Assembly: GCF_001194135.2 (NCBI RefSeq)
Contig: NC_068998.1
Coordinates: forward strand, 38,588,819-38,652,761
DNA length: 63,943 bases
Direction of reading: 5' to 3'
Source: Octopus bimaculoides
Taxonomy: Eukaryota
Below, piece after piece: positions 63,481-63,943 of this stretch. The position numbers were made by a program, and so were the translations under genes. The notes below the pieces were generated by a model that was given only the letters and a program-made list of their open reading frames with translations, was not told where the DNA came from and did not search any database. How positions within the stretch are numbered: position 1 is the stretch's first letter; each line of letters begins with the position of its first letter.

Positions 63481-63943
63481 AGGAATCTATAAAAAGATTT
63501 CCTGAGAATATTTTCAAGTGTAAAATGCAAATAAATAATATTAAAAAAAAAGTACTTTAGATTAAACAAAAAAGAAAATAACTATTTTTATGCAAAATCT
63601 GATAATTTGTGTGTGTGTGTATGGGTGTGTTTGGGTTGGAGTGTAAGCGCACATGATACATGTACACAAATCCACATATATATGTGCATGCACACACACA
63701 CATACACACGCACATACACATGCACAGATATATGTGTACATATGTCTGTATATACTCAAATGTATATTTATATATCTATATATACATACACATAAATATA
63801 CATATGTCTGTGTGTGTATACATACATACATATATATATGTATATATGTCTGTATATATACATATATATACATACATATACATATATATATATATCTGTG
63901 TGTGTATACATACTTGTATATATATATATATATATATATATAT

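Overview
AT-rich eukaryotic DNA with many N gaps, dominated by microsatellites and transposon relics. The SINE repertoire and repeat landscape look like a coleoid cephalopod, probably Octopus (inference from recalled families, not a database result). No intact protein-coding gene is present; almost all ORFs in the track are microsatellite or gap artefacts. One plausible internal host exon lies at 5399-5561 (-). Mobile elements: two DD37D (maT) Tc1/mariner families, a mariner MITE, piggyBac-type MITEs, decayed RTE-clade LINEs, R4/Dong-like LINEs in (TAA)n tracts, inverted Penelope-like RT fragments, and at least four tRNA-headed SINE families plus a family sharing an RTE-type 3' tail. The most interesting signals lie outside the ORF track. 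They are: a minimal type I hammerhead ribozyme in two Penelope-like terminal repeats (59721-59766 +, 42276-42321 -); tandem ~66-nt modules with a predicted H-type pseudoknot in the RTE-tail family; three unrelated elements sharing a CTG-(AAT)n 3' junction, suggesting a TAA-targeted LINE/SINE system; and an array of CCAAT-like boxes spaced ~32 bp apart at 54850-55040. Most of these belong to known classes; whether they are new for this lineage needs database checks. Coordinates of decayed elements are approximate.
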